From the NCBI GenBank assembly GCA_050084985.1, contig JBITNC010000001.1:210986001-211050000 (forward strand): a DNA stretch of 64,000 bases. Direction: 5' to 3'. The DNA is from Nageia nagi (lineage: Eukaryota > Plantae > Pinophyta). Shown here in pieces: positions 1 through 12,904 of the stretch (position 1 is its first letter; the number at the start of each line of letters is the position of its first letter). The notes beneath the pieces were generated by a model. The model did no database searches. It was not told the DNA's origin and worked only from the letters and a program-made list of their open reading frames with translations. Both the position numbers and the translations under genes were made by a program.

Positions 1-576
1 GGTCCTTACTAGTTCAACAATTTGATGCACGATATTCCTATGTAAGAGGGAGGAGCAACACCAAGATTGGTTGCATTAGTTGAGGCTACAATACCAAGTA
101 AAAAGACTAACTACATACGTAATTTTTCAATTTAATATATGATTAGAGGACTAGCAATGTAAACATTATTTTTAGGATGGAAAAAGACATGGATGGAGGC
201 TTTAGAGGTAGAGAACAAGAGGCTTAAGCCTTTAGAGGCATAGGTGGTAGGATTACAGGCCACACTTATAGCTCAAGATGCATAGATTGCTACATTAGAG
301 CAATTTATGAAGAGGTTGCAAGAGAGGGTGGATATGCCTCCACCTAATGAGTAGTGGGCTTTTATGCAAAACCTCATGGACTAGATTGAGGGAAAGGAGA
401 GTGAGATAGCCATACTTTACGAGAAATATGAGAGGGCCAAGGCTCTCTTATCAACTTAGGGGATCATCATTAGTGCTATATCTGGAGGAGTATCATTATC
501 AGGAGTCGGTAGTAGTAGCCATCAAGTTAGAAAGAGGATGGAAGATATTGCTAGTAGTGGGAGCAATGCCCACTAG
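1..576 (+). pseudogene. Decayed antisense accessory ORF (coiled-coil-like) in the 3' internal region of LTR element A1, with a probable intron at 119-175
   Basis: One reading frame runs GPY*FNNLMHDIPM*EGGATPRLVALVEATIPSKKTNYI / RWKKTWMEALEVENKRLKPLEA*VVGLQATLIAQDA*IATLEQFMKRLQERV...YEKYERAKALL. The stops are TAG/TAA, as expected from CAG/CAA deamination. A GT..TTTTAG segment at 119-175 restores the frame when removed. Confidence 0.5.
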
Positions 577-1330
577 TAGTTAGGCCATAGATTTTAGGTC
601 CACCTCATATTGTACATTATGTGATTCATTTTGATATATATATATACACACACACACATGATATTTTTTACTTCAATTCATGTATAAAAATGTGTTTGAT
701 TTATTTTATTTGCTTTATAGATGAATGTGAATGGTTTAGTTTTATTATTGCATAATGTGTTGTAAACTAAGCATGTAAAATCACATAATGCAAGTTTCAG
801 GAATAAGGAATAACCATCCATCCAAGTACAATATATGCAAATTTAAATAATAATGAATCCATAAAATGAACTACAATATTTATCAATTCATTTTAATATT
901 TTTAAACATGATTAAGCACTTGAAGCTCATAATAAATAATGAAAGGCACAATTGAATCTCCAATCTAGGCTATAAGGTACCAAGTGAATCCATTACACAC
1001 AAGTGCGAGTTTTTTCTTTATAACATTGTCAAATTTATGTTTTAATCACTTAAAATAATAAAAAAATACAATAAAGATAAACAAACTATTATTCTTTTAA
1101 TTTTGTTATGAGAAATGCACACCATTAATGGCCTAAAAATAGGTGGAATGTCACTAGCGACGTGGGTTTCAAGTTAGAGAATGGAAATTTTAAGAAATAA
1201 TGAAAGCATAATTTCCCCATGAAATGAAAAAGTTAATAAACAACAATTCACAATGGTTGAACAAAGAAATAACCTAGCTAATGTACACTATAGTTACAAT
1301 TCTTATATTTTAAGTAATAACTTTGCATAC

Positions 1331-2811
1331 CTAGGAAATTTTTTCAACCTTGACATATTTTACAAAGGTAGGAACAAAGAGAGGTACCTTTGTTTTTGCT
1401 TTTTTCATACCATGGGTGGCATATGAATAGTGATGCATACCATTAGTGACATTGAATTTCATTACTTGTCCATCATGCTTTGAGTTTTGATTGCTACATA
1501 TACATTTATTAGTGAAATAATAATTCAAACCATGTGAAGTACTTACCATACCAATATAGCCTTTAGGTTTTGGAGGAGGTAAAGGATTTGTGAACACCCT
1601 TAATTGTCTATTATCAGAGTACACAGGTCCATCATCTGTATTAGTATTATCATCCATCCTAATTGATTTCTTATCAATGAAATCCTGAATAATATGCCCT
1701 AGAGTCCTAAAATTCTTGTTAGATTTCTAGGTACCTTATGATAATTGCAAAATTCCCCATATCAAAAATTTTTAGGCATGCCATTAGGGAATTTAGGTTC
1801 AACAATAGGTGGAAGCTCAATAAGTTCCTCTTTCAATAACACATTAAGAATATTGTCAGCAATATCAATCAACTTTGTAAATTTCCTTTGAGGTTTATTA
1901 TTTCTTTTGGGGGTTTTCTTGTTATATGTTTAAGTTTTATGATTGTTATTATCAACATTATTGACTTCATATTTCTTATTTAGTTCAAGAGTGTTTACCT
2001 TCTTATCATATGTTTGAGGTTTGTTACTATGCATAGCATATAGTTTTTTAATACAAAACTCTTTTTTAAACAAAACATCCATCATTTCATCTAATTTCAT
2101 ATCATGATTAGAGATAACCAATAGCTTATACATAGGCAATAATGCACTTGCAAATGTATCTTTTAAATCTTGCTTAGGCATTGTAATCTTGTTAGCAATT
2201 TGTTTCCATTTTTTCACAAAATCAGCCAAATATTGGTTAGGCAATTGCTTAATTTTACACAAATCTTTAAAGTGAACTTTTTCAGCAATATTGTATTTAA
2301 AGTTTTGCAAAAATTGATGAATCAAATACTCATACTTATCAATACTCTTTTCAAGAAGAAGAAAGTACCATTTCAATGCATCATCTTTCAAGCTATGTGA
2401 AAATAATTTAGCAAGCAAATCTTTATCATGCATATATTCCATAGCTTCTTTTTGAAATTTTCTAACATGCATCCTAGGACCTTACAAACCATCAAACTTT
2501 GTAAATTTAATACTCTTTTTCCCATTGAGCACTTTAGAGATAATTATATTAGTCTAAGGACTCTTTAAACAAACCAAGAAACCATCAGTGTCATCATTAA
2601 GCAATTCCATTTCCAATTTCTTTATCCTTTCCTCAATTGGAGTTGAAACTACAATAGATGGATTTTGAACAATAGGCATATTATCTATTGGGGGTGGTGT
2701 AGGGGTTTGAGGTGGAACTTTTTCATTTCTAAGTTCATTCTCTTTAAGTACATGAAATGGTCCAACTCTATTTACTCTTTCAAGTTCCAAGTTATCAAGA
2801 AATTTCATCAC
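1331..2811 (-). pseudogene. gag: Degenerate retrotransposon Gag (Retrotrans_gag-like core plus Tat/Ogre-type C-terminal CxYH motif)
   Basis: ORF 1930-2472 contains LLAKLFSHSLKDDALKWYFLL...YEYLIHQFLQNF...DFVKKWKQIA. Downstream, the minus strand reads GEFCNYHKVP...LGHIIQDFIDKKSIR...QLRVFTNPLP. Confidence 0.8.
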
Positions 2812-3040
2812 AAACTATAATTATTGTGTATAAGACTCCAAATGAAAGGAACGATGTCCTAAACATCATGAAGGATCTCAATTTTAATATTATGCTCTTC
2901 TAATGACCAATCAGGGTTTTTCTTATAAGCATCATTAATAAGATTTGCAACTTATACTTGAAGCTAAGCATCACAATCACCATCTTGTATAATATCCTTA
3001 CCTTTAGGAAGTGTACCTATTTTAAAGTGATCAAGCTTGA

Positions 3041-3188
3041 GAATCAGGTAGTCATAATCTTCATCTTCACTTTCCTCTCCATCATTCTCAATAGCTACTT
3101 CACTTGGGGGCTTTGAATCAGGTAGTCATAATCTTCATCTTCACTTTCCTCTCCATCATTCTCAATAGCTACTTCACTTGGGGATTTG
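3041..3188. repeat. Near-perfect 74-bp tandem duplication
   Basis: gaatcaggtagtcataatcttcatcttcactttcctctccatcattctcaatagctacttcacttgggg occurs at 3041 and again at 3115. Confidence 0.95.
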
Positions 3189-3935
3189 AAACATCTTTAT
3201 TTCCTTCAAGAGCATGTTCTATCTCAACTTCATTCAAGTCAATGGTGACATGTTCATAGAATGAAACATTGTTAGTGATGTTAGTATTGATAGTAGAAAC
3301 TCTCTATATTGTTGAACCTACATTTTCATAAGAAAATAAACTATTCGATGATTGTGAAGCTACAAAGTTATCTTCTAATAACTCATAATTTGTTAAGATA
3401 TCAATAATAGTTTCAACATTATGAGTAAGAAAATATTATAACTTTTCTCTATCATATAGTAATACTAGAATAGATCGAATATAGCTAGTCCTATATTTAA
3501 TTGTTCAATTTCAGCATTATCATCATAAGTATTCTCATGACTATTCAAACTTACATGCTCAAATTCATAATGTTCAATATTTATATCAAATCTATGAGGA
3601 GTTTCACCAATAATATCCATTTTCTTACTAGAGCTTATAGATTCACAGTCACTACAAGTATCATGGTTACCAGGGTGAGGTTCTTATAGAGGTAGGTCAA
3701 GGCTATGCCTAACACTTCTCTAAATATCATTAAAATTAACCTTTCCCCTATAAACTTTTGGTTGTTCTATGTTTAAATCTATTTTGAAATATAGGTAGAA
3801 AAAACCCTAGTTTTATCATTTTCTCTAGCTATTATTCAAAGAACTTCAGGTAGAGGGATGAATAATAGTAAAAATAGATTCATGAATTTTCAAAAAGGAT
3901 GCCCTAGGTGTGTAAGAATGTTAGGTTCACCAAAA

Positions 3936-4650
3936 TGTGGACCCAAAAATGGTGTAATTAATAAATAAATACACAAATAAATAAATGATCTACAAATACA
4001 ATGATTATACAATGATATGCTCTTTATCAAATATACAATGAATGTACATGAAACACATAAACTTGATATAGAGTGGGAAAGTAGCTAGTTAATGTACAAT
4101 CCTCAAAGATAAAAAATAATGAATCTTCGAAGGATTGCAATCAAACCTCAAACAAGATCATAATGAATATTCGCTAGAATGGTACCATGAGTCATTCTTC
4201 AAAATCTGGACCTCTCGATCTAAAATACGCATGTCATTGGTTGCATGGAACTTGATGATTCATGTCACATGTAAATGAGAGATAATAGAGCTCAAAAAGT
4301 ATAACAAATTTCTCAATATAGGTGGTATCAAGAGACATGGTAAGTTTGTTGTTTAGGATAATCACCTATCAGAGAGATCCGATAGGGCTGTCAACCTTCA
4401 CTTCTTGTATTTATAACCTACAAGAAAATAGAAAGGAGTGAAAGTTGATACATAAAATAACAATAATCTTTTCTATAGTTAATATAATTTAAAATATAAA
4501 CCATGGTATATGATATTACATTGGTCCTAGCACATGGTATCGCATTGTAATTACAATTTATCTTGATTTTTGTATTATTACCAATTAATCATTTAATGAG
4601 TCTAAATATGATTTATTAAATAAATAATAAAACATTTTTAGGCTTCTACA
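3936..4650 (-). repeat. 5' LTR of element A1 (family A)
   Basis: On the minus strand it starts TGTAGAAGCCTAAAAATG and ends GGGTCCACA, followed by tttTGGTGAACC. It is homologous to the LTRs at 39389-40146, 50909-51617 and 55307-56017. Confidence 0.85.
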
Positions 4651-5639
4651 ATATTAGCTTGGCACCTTCATGATGACTTGTAGTGCACCATTGATAAGTT
4701 TATGGATGGAATTGCTTGATTCATTTATCCTTGTTGATATGAATATGTACATGATGCATCTAACTGATCTTATTTTTTAAGTTACTTGTAGTTTGTAGTT
4801 TTCTTCTTGAGACTGCAGATTACTTACTTTAGGAATGAAGGCTCATCATGTCAACTTCTGGTTGGATGACTACTTTATGTATATCGAAACTAGTTTTGGT
4901 TAATGATTGTATTATAAACCATTGGTTAGAATGGTAAACTAGTGAGTCTCAAACTAAGATCTTGCTTACTTTACAAATATGTAAAAGTTCTCATCTCCAA
5001 TTGTATTTGTATAGAGAAGAACTCTCTTTTACTCTCTCTTCTTCACTCTATCCTAATATTGCATTAAGGTGGAGTGTTGGAATATATAATGCATTATTGT
5101 AAGGTTTTGTAGGTTCTTCTTGTAAATTCACTAATACTTAAAATGTATCCCTAAATACCTTAAGTATTTAAGTGAATATGATAATATAATTTTATGCGAC
5201 ACTCCTTCTCATGAGCATGCCCATTGGGTAAAAGGGTGAAGCATGTCATATCTTTGTACAATGGTTAAAAGGGTGATCCAAGTGAGGATTTTGGCCCTCT
5301 TCTTAAAATCATAAAAAAAAAAAAGTTGAAGTAAAGTTATGCTTTAATAGTAGTGTTAGGAGAGGAAGAAAGAAGAGAGTTATCTTTATGAATGAGAAAG
5401 ATATTAGTTGGTGTATGTACTTTATTGTATGAGATGAACCACTTTATATGTTTGTCAAATTTTTGAGATTAGCTATTGTATTTATGCTTTGAATGTTGGT
5501 GTTTAAGAGAGCTTTCAAGTGATCTTAGTAGATTAGGATTTTGTTCTTTAAGTATTAAATCCTTTAGTTTCCATTGATTTTTAATGTTGTCCTTTAGGAT
5601 TTAATGAGTTAAACATATTATTTCAAAATGAAAGGGCAT

Positions 5640-7410
5640 TAAATTGTCTCCTCTTCTCCTATGTTTCCCACAATAAGGGATTATGATCAATGCCAATCTT
5701 AGGGTATCCTGTGAGTGTGGAGTCACCAAACTTAGTAATACAATCCTATAAAATAAACATTATATATAATGTTTCATGGATTTGATGCTCTCCACACTTT
5801 CCATTAGTCCAATTAAACTTGGTTCTCCTTAATTCCATATCCATAAGGTTATTCTCATTGATCAAAACAACAAAGTATCTCATGATATCCATGAATCCTT
5901 CCACCCTCCCAATTTATCAAAAGGATATAATTAAGTGTTGAAATCTCCCACTGCAATCCAACTAATGCCCCTAAAAGCTTCTCACATTTATTTTAAAGAG
6001 GATTATATAATTTGTAATGATAAACATTTCCTTCGTGTCCAAGGAAGTGAAAAAAATAGAATAAAAATTATAGCTAGAGATAATCAACCCACCTTCCTAC
6101 TTGTTAGTATCCCATAGGAACATAATGCCCCCTAATTTGCTAACGATATCAATTGCAACATAATCTACTTCCCTCCACAAAATATTTTTAATAAAGAGTG
6201 CTTTCCCTTTAATAACTTTGTTTCTTGAAGTAAAATCACCTTCAATTTCATATCCATTTTCAAAGCTATTAAAATTTTGTATCTTTTTGGGGGCACATAT
6301 CCCTCTTACATTACATGTTAGGATTTTCATTGCTTTAAGAATTTTCTCCCCCCTCCCTCAAATAGGGTAGCTTAACCTCCCTTAGCAATGTCAGCTTTCA
6401 TTTATTGGTATCTCATGTCACCTTTTGAAGGTCTACTTGGGTGATCTTTTCCAACATTTCCTTGTTACTTCTTTTTTTTTTCTCTTTTTCCTTATTCAAC
6501 ATGGGGTTGATATAATAGTTTTCTACTAGTAATTTTAGTCCTCTTCCTCTCCCCAAAACTTTCTAATTGGTGTGGTAATGAGGATGGGATCAAGATCTTA
6601 CCCAATCTGATCGATCAAGCTTCGAGCTTCCCCCTCTTTCTAAGCCTCCACTAGCTCAAGGAATTGGCTTTCACGAACTCAATCCAACATATCACTTAGT
6701 TTTCCCATGCATGATTCATGGTCTTATTGGGTCTGTGAAATAATTTCCTATTCTCCTTGGTACTCCTCTTCAATCAATGCATCATCACCTTAAGTTGCCT
6801 TCTAATGTGCTTCCTCATTCTAACTTAAGTGATCTTCTTTCATCTCCTTTTCTTTGAGCATAGCCAACAAAACCTACTCTATTATCAATTGAGAGTATTT
6901 AAGGTATGTCATAACTCTCTCGTAAGTCAATTTCTCCCTTTTGGGAGCTTCCTTAGCTTGAGGATCAACCTCCATACTATAAAAGGCATTATTCATTGGG
7001 ATCGAATTGCTATCTTTCTCATGTAATGTTCCCAAGGCTTCATCCTTTTCTTGCCTATGAATTAGGCCTTTACTATTTTATTATTTCTTTTTTTTCTTTT
7101 CTTATTATTTCAATGGACAACATGAGGGCAGGTGGTCCTTTTTCTTACACACCTCACAAGTTTGAGGGGGTTTCATATTTGATTAGTTGTGTCTATTCAC
7201 CTGACTTTGACATAAAGTGAATAGAATCTGAGATAGTAGTCATCGGATAAATGCTAACACAAAGCCTTGCAAATATCATGCATGATTTAGCCCTAGTAGC
7301 CTTATCAATGATGATAAGGTCCCCAATCTAGTTGCCAATCCCTGCTAATATTTCATCATGTAAGTATTGTAATTGTAGTCCTAGGAGCCTTACCCAGATT
7401 GGGACTAATG
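5640..7410 (-). mobile_element. L1-type LINE remnant (ORF1 3' part plus APE endonuclease of ORF2), truncated and degenerate
   Basis: Minus strand reads LVPIWVRLLGLQLQYLHDEILAGIGN*IG...FARLCV (plant L1 ORF1). MKILTCNVRG at 6330 and YPKIGIDHNPL near 5675-5706 mark the start and end of an APE endonuclease. Confidence 0.8.
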
Positions 7411-10400
7411 TAACTTAAATATATGTTTTATTTAATAATACTAATGTTAATTTATTATATTTGTAGGTATTAAATATTTTAAGGATACTTGAATATTATT
7501 CACATCTAAATAATAAATAATCATAATTTTAAAACTTGAAATCAAAAGATCAAGAGCCCAAAATTCAAAATTGTGTAAATCTTATACATAAGTCGTATTC
7601 ACGAACTTACCAAGAGCATATTAGGATGAATTAGAATCTAAAATTTGGACTAATGGTATATTATGTCATGATAAATACATGTTTAAACTTTAAGAGCATT
7701 TGAACATGTGGTTCAAAAGTTATGAATATAATAAAATATCATATTTACAATTTTGACAATTGGAAATGATGTTAAAATCTACGTTTGAAGATATATCAAT
7801 AAACATGTTGATAATGACTCAAAGATAATTAAAAGATTAAATTTTGACTAAATTTACTTTGCATCATTAAGAATACATGGTCAAATTTTCATGGCTATTA
7901 GGTTTACGAGGAGAATGTTGTGGATGCTGTAAAATGATTTTTGGATATTTTTTACTTTAAAATTTCAAGAAACAACACTTACAACTAAAAGAAGCCCAAA
8001 TAATTATCCTTCCATGAATTGATAAAGAAATAAAGAGGAAAATTGAGTACCAAGTCAATAATTTGGAAGGATATTATATGTATTATTTAAGTAATTTTTA
8101 CAATAAAAAAGGGATCGACATTGCTAAAATGAAAAATCATACAAAATATTTAGGGGAGAGCATAAGTAAGATTAAATCTTCATAGTAGACTTTAACATTA
8201 AACACTTTGATGATTTATTCAACCCAATTGCATGATAGATTATACATGATTGTGATCAATGAGTTTGAAATGTCTATTCTTTGAGGATCATAATAGAATT
8301 TACTATTATTATAACCATGAATACTATAGCATCACTCTTTTATATGAGATTGCATTATATGTTGTTTTAGACTTAATGTAAATGTGCTCATATTTTGATA
8401 GCTATGTATTTTGAAATAATTTGTTGAAAAGTGATATATTCTGAATCTACTTAGACTATGTTCTTTATTAAGATAATTCTTAATTGGGAATAATACTAAC
8501 TTTGCATCACTTTCATTCCATCTAGTGATTTTAAGGAATTAAATTAGGTTATGCTCCCTCTTGTGTGATATTTGAGCAAATGTTATCTTCCACAAGACTA
8601 GATATGTGTATGAGGAATCTTGCAAAACCTACAAGATTGATAATTTAGAGAATGCATAACGCATACAAGAATTCTTCATTATTATAGTATTGCGCTCTAT
8701 TTTCTTTTTATTTATTTCTTTTATTTAAAATATTTTTTTCATTTTATATGTTACAAAATCCTAACGCAATTATATTATTTACAAGAAAATAAAAAAGATA
8801 AGAAAATAATTTATCATTAAATCTTATATTCATGCTTTTGAATCTAGAAAATACTGTTATGTTTTATTAATACATGTAATGCTTCATTTTTTATATAGGA
8901 GTTATGAGCTAGCCGGTCATAGCTCTGCAAATGTACAAGGTTCTTATAGGTCCTTTCAAAACTTTGGGTTTTTTTTTTATTAATATCAAATTTACCTAAT
9001 TTAAAAAAAAATTCTTATATTTAAAGATGATAGTTGTATTCAAACTTTCTAGGTGATACCAAGTGACTTGCTTATTTTGTCATTTTATTAATCTTTTATA
9101 TATACCTTGGGGTAGTTAGTCATTTCAAGAGGAGACAAGTAATGATGTTTCAACCACATGTTGATGATATTTTTTGGCTTGCTATGTCAAGATAGTATTC
9201 TTTAAGAGGAAAGAAATCACCATCAATAGTCATGATCTAACATTTAGGGTCTTATGTTTATTCTTTCATATCTCATTAATACCCTTCTTGTTGTCATTTG
9301 TTCATGGTGAATACTTTATTGAGATACCTTATACATTATTAAATTAATTATTAAAAACACAAATAGATACCAAGTTTATTTTAATATAAATCAATTTTAT
9401 TATTTATACTCCATAATCCTCCATAGTTATAAGAAGGTGGATCTTTCCTCTTCTAGACATCCGTATGTAACATCATCGTTATGAAATATAATATTTATGT
9501 GTGATGAGTGCGAGGTTAATTTTTTACCTATCATGCCAATAATCATTTCATATTTCTTATTATATTTCAAAACACAATTGACTAAATAGTTAAGGAAATG
9601 GTTCTTGAAAACTATTAAGTTTTAATTTAGATATGTCAAAAGGATGGTTGAACTATTATTGTTGTCAAATATGAGAATTTTATTTTTAATAAGATTCTTA
9701 GTAATATTTTGTAAGTTTAAGAAACATTTTATATCATGTTCTTTGGTTTTATTATATTAACAAAATTTATTATCTTTTTTCCAATGCAAGGTTCCCATAT
9801 AAAAGTTAATAGATTTCAATTAATGATAATTGATGTATTTTTTATATTGATTAATCCATGATATCCTTAAGTTTGTAATTAAACATTATAAACATTCTTT
9901 TCTCTTTCATTGTTCTATTGAGGGTTATTCTTTATTATCTATTATGAATCATATTTATTATATTATTAGTCTCATTTATATGTTTTTCTCTCCTAAATTC
10001 TCCATATTGAATTTGTTAATGTTAGAAGTGCTTCTAATAGGTTTCTAACTAGAGCTACCTACTTTAAGGAGAGTTCATAATTTCATGGTATAAGAAGGAT
10101 GAGAATTATAAGAAAGAGATGATAAATGATAGGTTGAGAGATATGATGAGATAGTATAGTGGAAGGAATAACCATGCCATTGATGGCTATAAAAGGTTAA
10201 ATAATGAATGTTATAAGAATTGTTATAATATTTTTCAAAAATAATATAGTGTTTTTGAATAATACTATAGTGTTTCTCAGTTATGGTAAATGATAAGTGA
10301 GATTGGACATTTATATTGGAATTTTTAGAGGAAATTTATTATTAAGATATGATATGTTAAAAGTGGAAATATGTTAATTAGAAGGTAGACAGAGTTGAGT

Positions 10401-11431
10401 TGAATAAGGATTATAGTTAATGTTTTAAAATAACTACAAGTATTAAATTACAAATTGCAACAATAATAATGGATAACGTTGGTTGAGAGGATAAATGGGG
10501 GATCTTCAAGTATGGTTCCATATCTTCATAACATATTAAGTAAGATATTCTTGTCGATTAAAAAAGTCTTCCAAGTATTAGGGATGGTGCAAGAGATAAT
10601 TTTTACCATTGTCATAGAGATCATGATTATAAGTAACTTGATAGTTGGATTATAGATCGAATCCTTTATCATCATTAGTAAATATATTATCTTGTTTATT
10701 AGTCCCTTCTTCTTTAGCTTCAATACTATAATTTGCATATTTATCCTTATTATTGTTTGATTTGTGTTAAATAAGAAAATCTATTTCAACTTTTAATCTA
10801 ACAATTCCTTAAAAATAATCATCTCTAAGTTTTTACCATAAATTTGTTATAAAAAATTTGCATTCACTAAATATATATCATATAAAAACTAAAAAATAAA
10901 GCATAACAAATTTAACATTATATACTATAACAATAAAAAATGATGAATAAAATATTATAAAAACGAAAATAAATAATGTTATCAAACCTAAAGCATGCAT
11001 AATTAAAAAATGCACTCAATATAATACTACAATATATTTGATATTTGTATAAATAATCATAATATGAAAATTCATAATAGCATCTTTAAATCTCCTACTT
11101 TCTATCATAATCGTCAAATTTAATTATTTTATGTATTTTCATATTTGCAATATTTATTTCAATTACCTATAGAAACACAACCTTTTATTTCGGTTACACG
11201 AATTCCTTAAAATCGCTTAACCAACTGAAATGACTCTCATATTTAAATTAAAATAATTTAAAAGCAAATTTTCTACATATTGAGCCGACATGTTAAAGAA
11301 CATGATAGTTCGCATACAAAAGCTTTTACTAGTAATTTTGCGCTGGTAACCTTACCTGTGTGCGCCCTATTACTCTTGATCTGCATTGTTCCACAGCTTT
11401 ACCAGTTGAATTTTGGTCACAGACGAAGCAG

Positions 11432-11607
11432 GTATCATTTCGCTTATATAATTGTATCATTTGAAACCCCGGATGTTTAATGTTTGAATATTTTCCGTTA
11501 GGGTTTAAATGTCTTCCCTTAGGGTTTAAAAGACATTGTGTCGTAGGGTATTTGTTGTCATTCTTCAGAAATAAAAATTGATGTTGTTGAATGTACATAT
11601 TTGTTAG
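11432..11607 (+). other. Probable 5'UTR intron of the FLX-like gene
   Basis: CAG|GTATCA donor at 11432 and TTGTTAG| acceptor at 11607, 7 nt before the ATG; T-rich interior. Confidence 0.6.
11498..11527. promoter_or_regulatory. Two telo-box motifs (TTAGGGTTT / AAACCCTAA)
   Basis: TTAGGGTTT at 11498-11506 and 11519-11527, about 90-115 bp upstream of the FLX-like start codon. Confidence 0.55.
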
Positions 11608-11614
11608 GTTGATT

Positions 11615-12904
11615 ATGGCTGGGAGAAATCGTGTGCCTCGGCATGTCCTGGATGGGCCACGGGGGTTTCCTCAGGGTCCTGGCCCCATACGTGATGGTCC
11701 ATACGGAAGAGGTCCAAGGCTGCCCCCTCATCCAGCTGTGGTGGAGGAAGAGCTGGAGCTGCAGCATGAGGAAATCCAGAGGCTTGTTGCGGAGAACAGG
11801 CGGCTGGCAGCAACACACATAGGGTTGCGGCAGGACCTGAGCGCTGCACAGGATGAAATACATCGTCTGAATCAGGTGGTGGCCAATCTCCAAGCAGACA
11901 AAGAACACCAAGCGAGGGACCTCATCGACAAGTGTATGAAGCTGGAAGCAGATTTGCGTGCCCTTGACCCTTTAAGATCTGAAGTTATGCAATTACGTGC
12001 TGAGGCTCAAAAGCTCAGTGTTGGTCGGCAAGATTTGCTGGTAAAAGTTCAAGCTCTTACACAAGACTTGAATAGAGCACAATCTGAATTGCAGCAGATG
12101 CCTGCTTTGAAAATGGAGAGGGATACAATGCACCAAGAACTAATACGATCAAGGTTTATGATAGTTTAATTACATTAGTTTTATTCAAAACATAGCTGTA
12201 TCTTGTCTTAAAAGATAGAAACTCAAATGAGATAGGTCATTGGAGCTTCCATGTTCCTGAAACAGGTCTTGTTTTTTTTTTTTTTTTTTTTGATATGGAT
12301 TCAGGACTGCCCTTGAATACGAAAAGAAGGCAAACAGTGAGCAAGCGGAGCAGAAACAGGCTATGGAAAAAAATTTGATTTCTATGGCCCGGGAAGTTGA
12401 GAAACTTCGAGCAGAGCTTACAAATTCCGAGAACAGAGCTTGGGGTGCTGGCACTCCAGGTATATGTGAATAGGTGTTTTAGTTCCTCATGCATATTTTT
12501 CAATCCTTGTGGATTTTGTTTTAGTGTTGATTCATTAGATAATAGGTTATATCATAGGTATCAGGATCGTCAGATGTGTAGATACTGATGATTGAGTTTA
12601 TGCTGCGTTATTTCAGTTGGTCCTTATGTTTCAAAACTTGGCAATGCACCTGTGGGATATACAGGGCCATATGCAGAGACATATGGCATGCACATGGTTC
12701 GTTCTTAACTGTTTGAACATTTAAATGATTATCTGAACTTTATCTGGTTGGCTCAATATGTTATCTAATATAATTTATTTTTTCTTTCTTTTTTCTCCTC
12801 TTCCATTTTAGGCTCAACCCGGTGCCGAAAAAGGGTCGCAATATGGTGGTGGACCTGATCCATGGGGACCGTATGAGAAACAGCGTTCTCATGGTCGCAG
12901 ATAA
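11615..12904 (+). CDS. FLXL: FLX-like (FLC EXPRESSOR family) coiled-coil protein, 288 aa; exons 11615-12153, 12305-12459, 12617-12696, 12812-12904
   Basis: All three introns are GT-AG and the spliced frame is continuous (867 nt including TAA). The protein reads MAGRNR...[39 protein letters not shown]...[16 protein letters not shown]...[21 protein letters not shown]...[17 protein letters not shown], matching FLX/FLX-like hallmark motifs (NxRLAATH, AxEYEKK, [18 protein letters not shown]). The exact paralogue cannot be resolved by eye. Confidence 0.93.

Larger units (their letters stand above)
1..4650 (-). mobile_element. LTR retrotransposon A1 (Ty3/gypsy, Tat/Ogre-like, pol-less in this window); continues beyond the left edge
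   Basis: 5' LTR at 3936-4650, Trp-type PBS at about 3917-3932, degenerate gag at 1331-3700, then non-coding DNA and an antisense ORF where pol would be. Confidence 0.75.

Noticed and set aside
7500-10760. Possible Helitron or DNA transposon remnants
   Set aside because: Too decayed; I could not confirm any diagnostic motif or termini.
11498-11527. Interstitial telomere or telomerase RNA template
   Set aside because: Only isolated single units, with no tandem array and no clear Pol III USE-TATA promoter.
11591-12169. Track ORF as a single-exon 192-aa gene
   Set aside because: The first ATG lies in the probable leader intron and the frame runs into an intron after 12153. The spliced 288-aa model fits the family motifs.
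11558-12503. Antisense and alternate-frame ORFs overlapping the FLX-like exons
   Set aside because: They are shadows of a GC-richer coding region and show no independent motifs.
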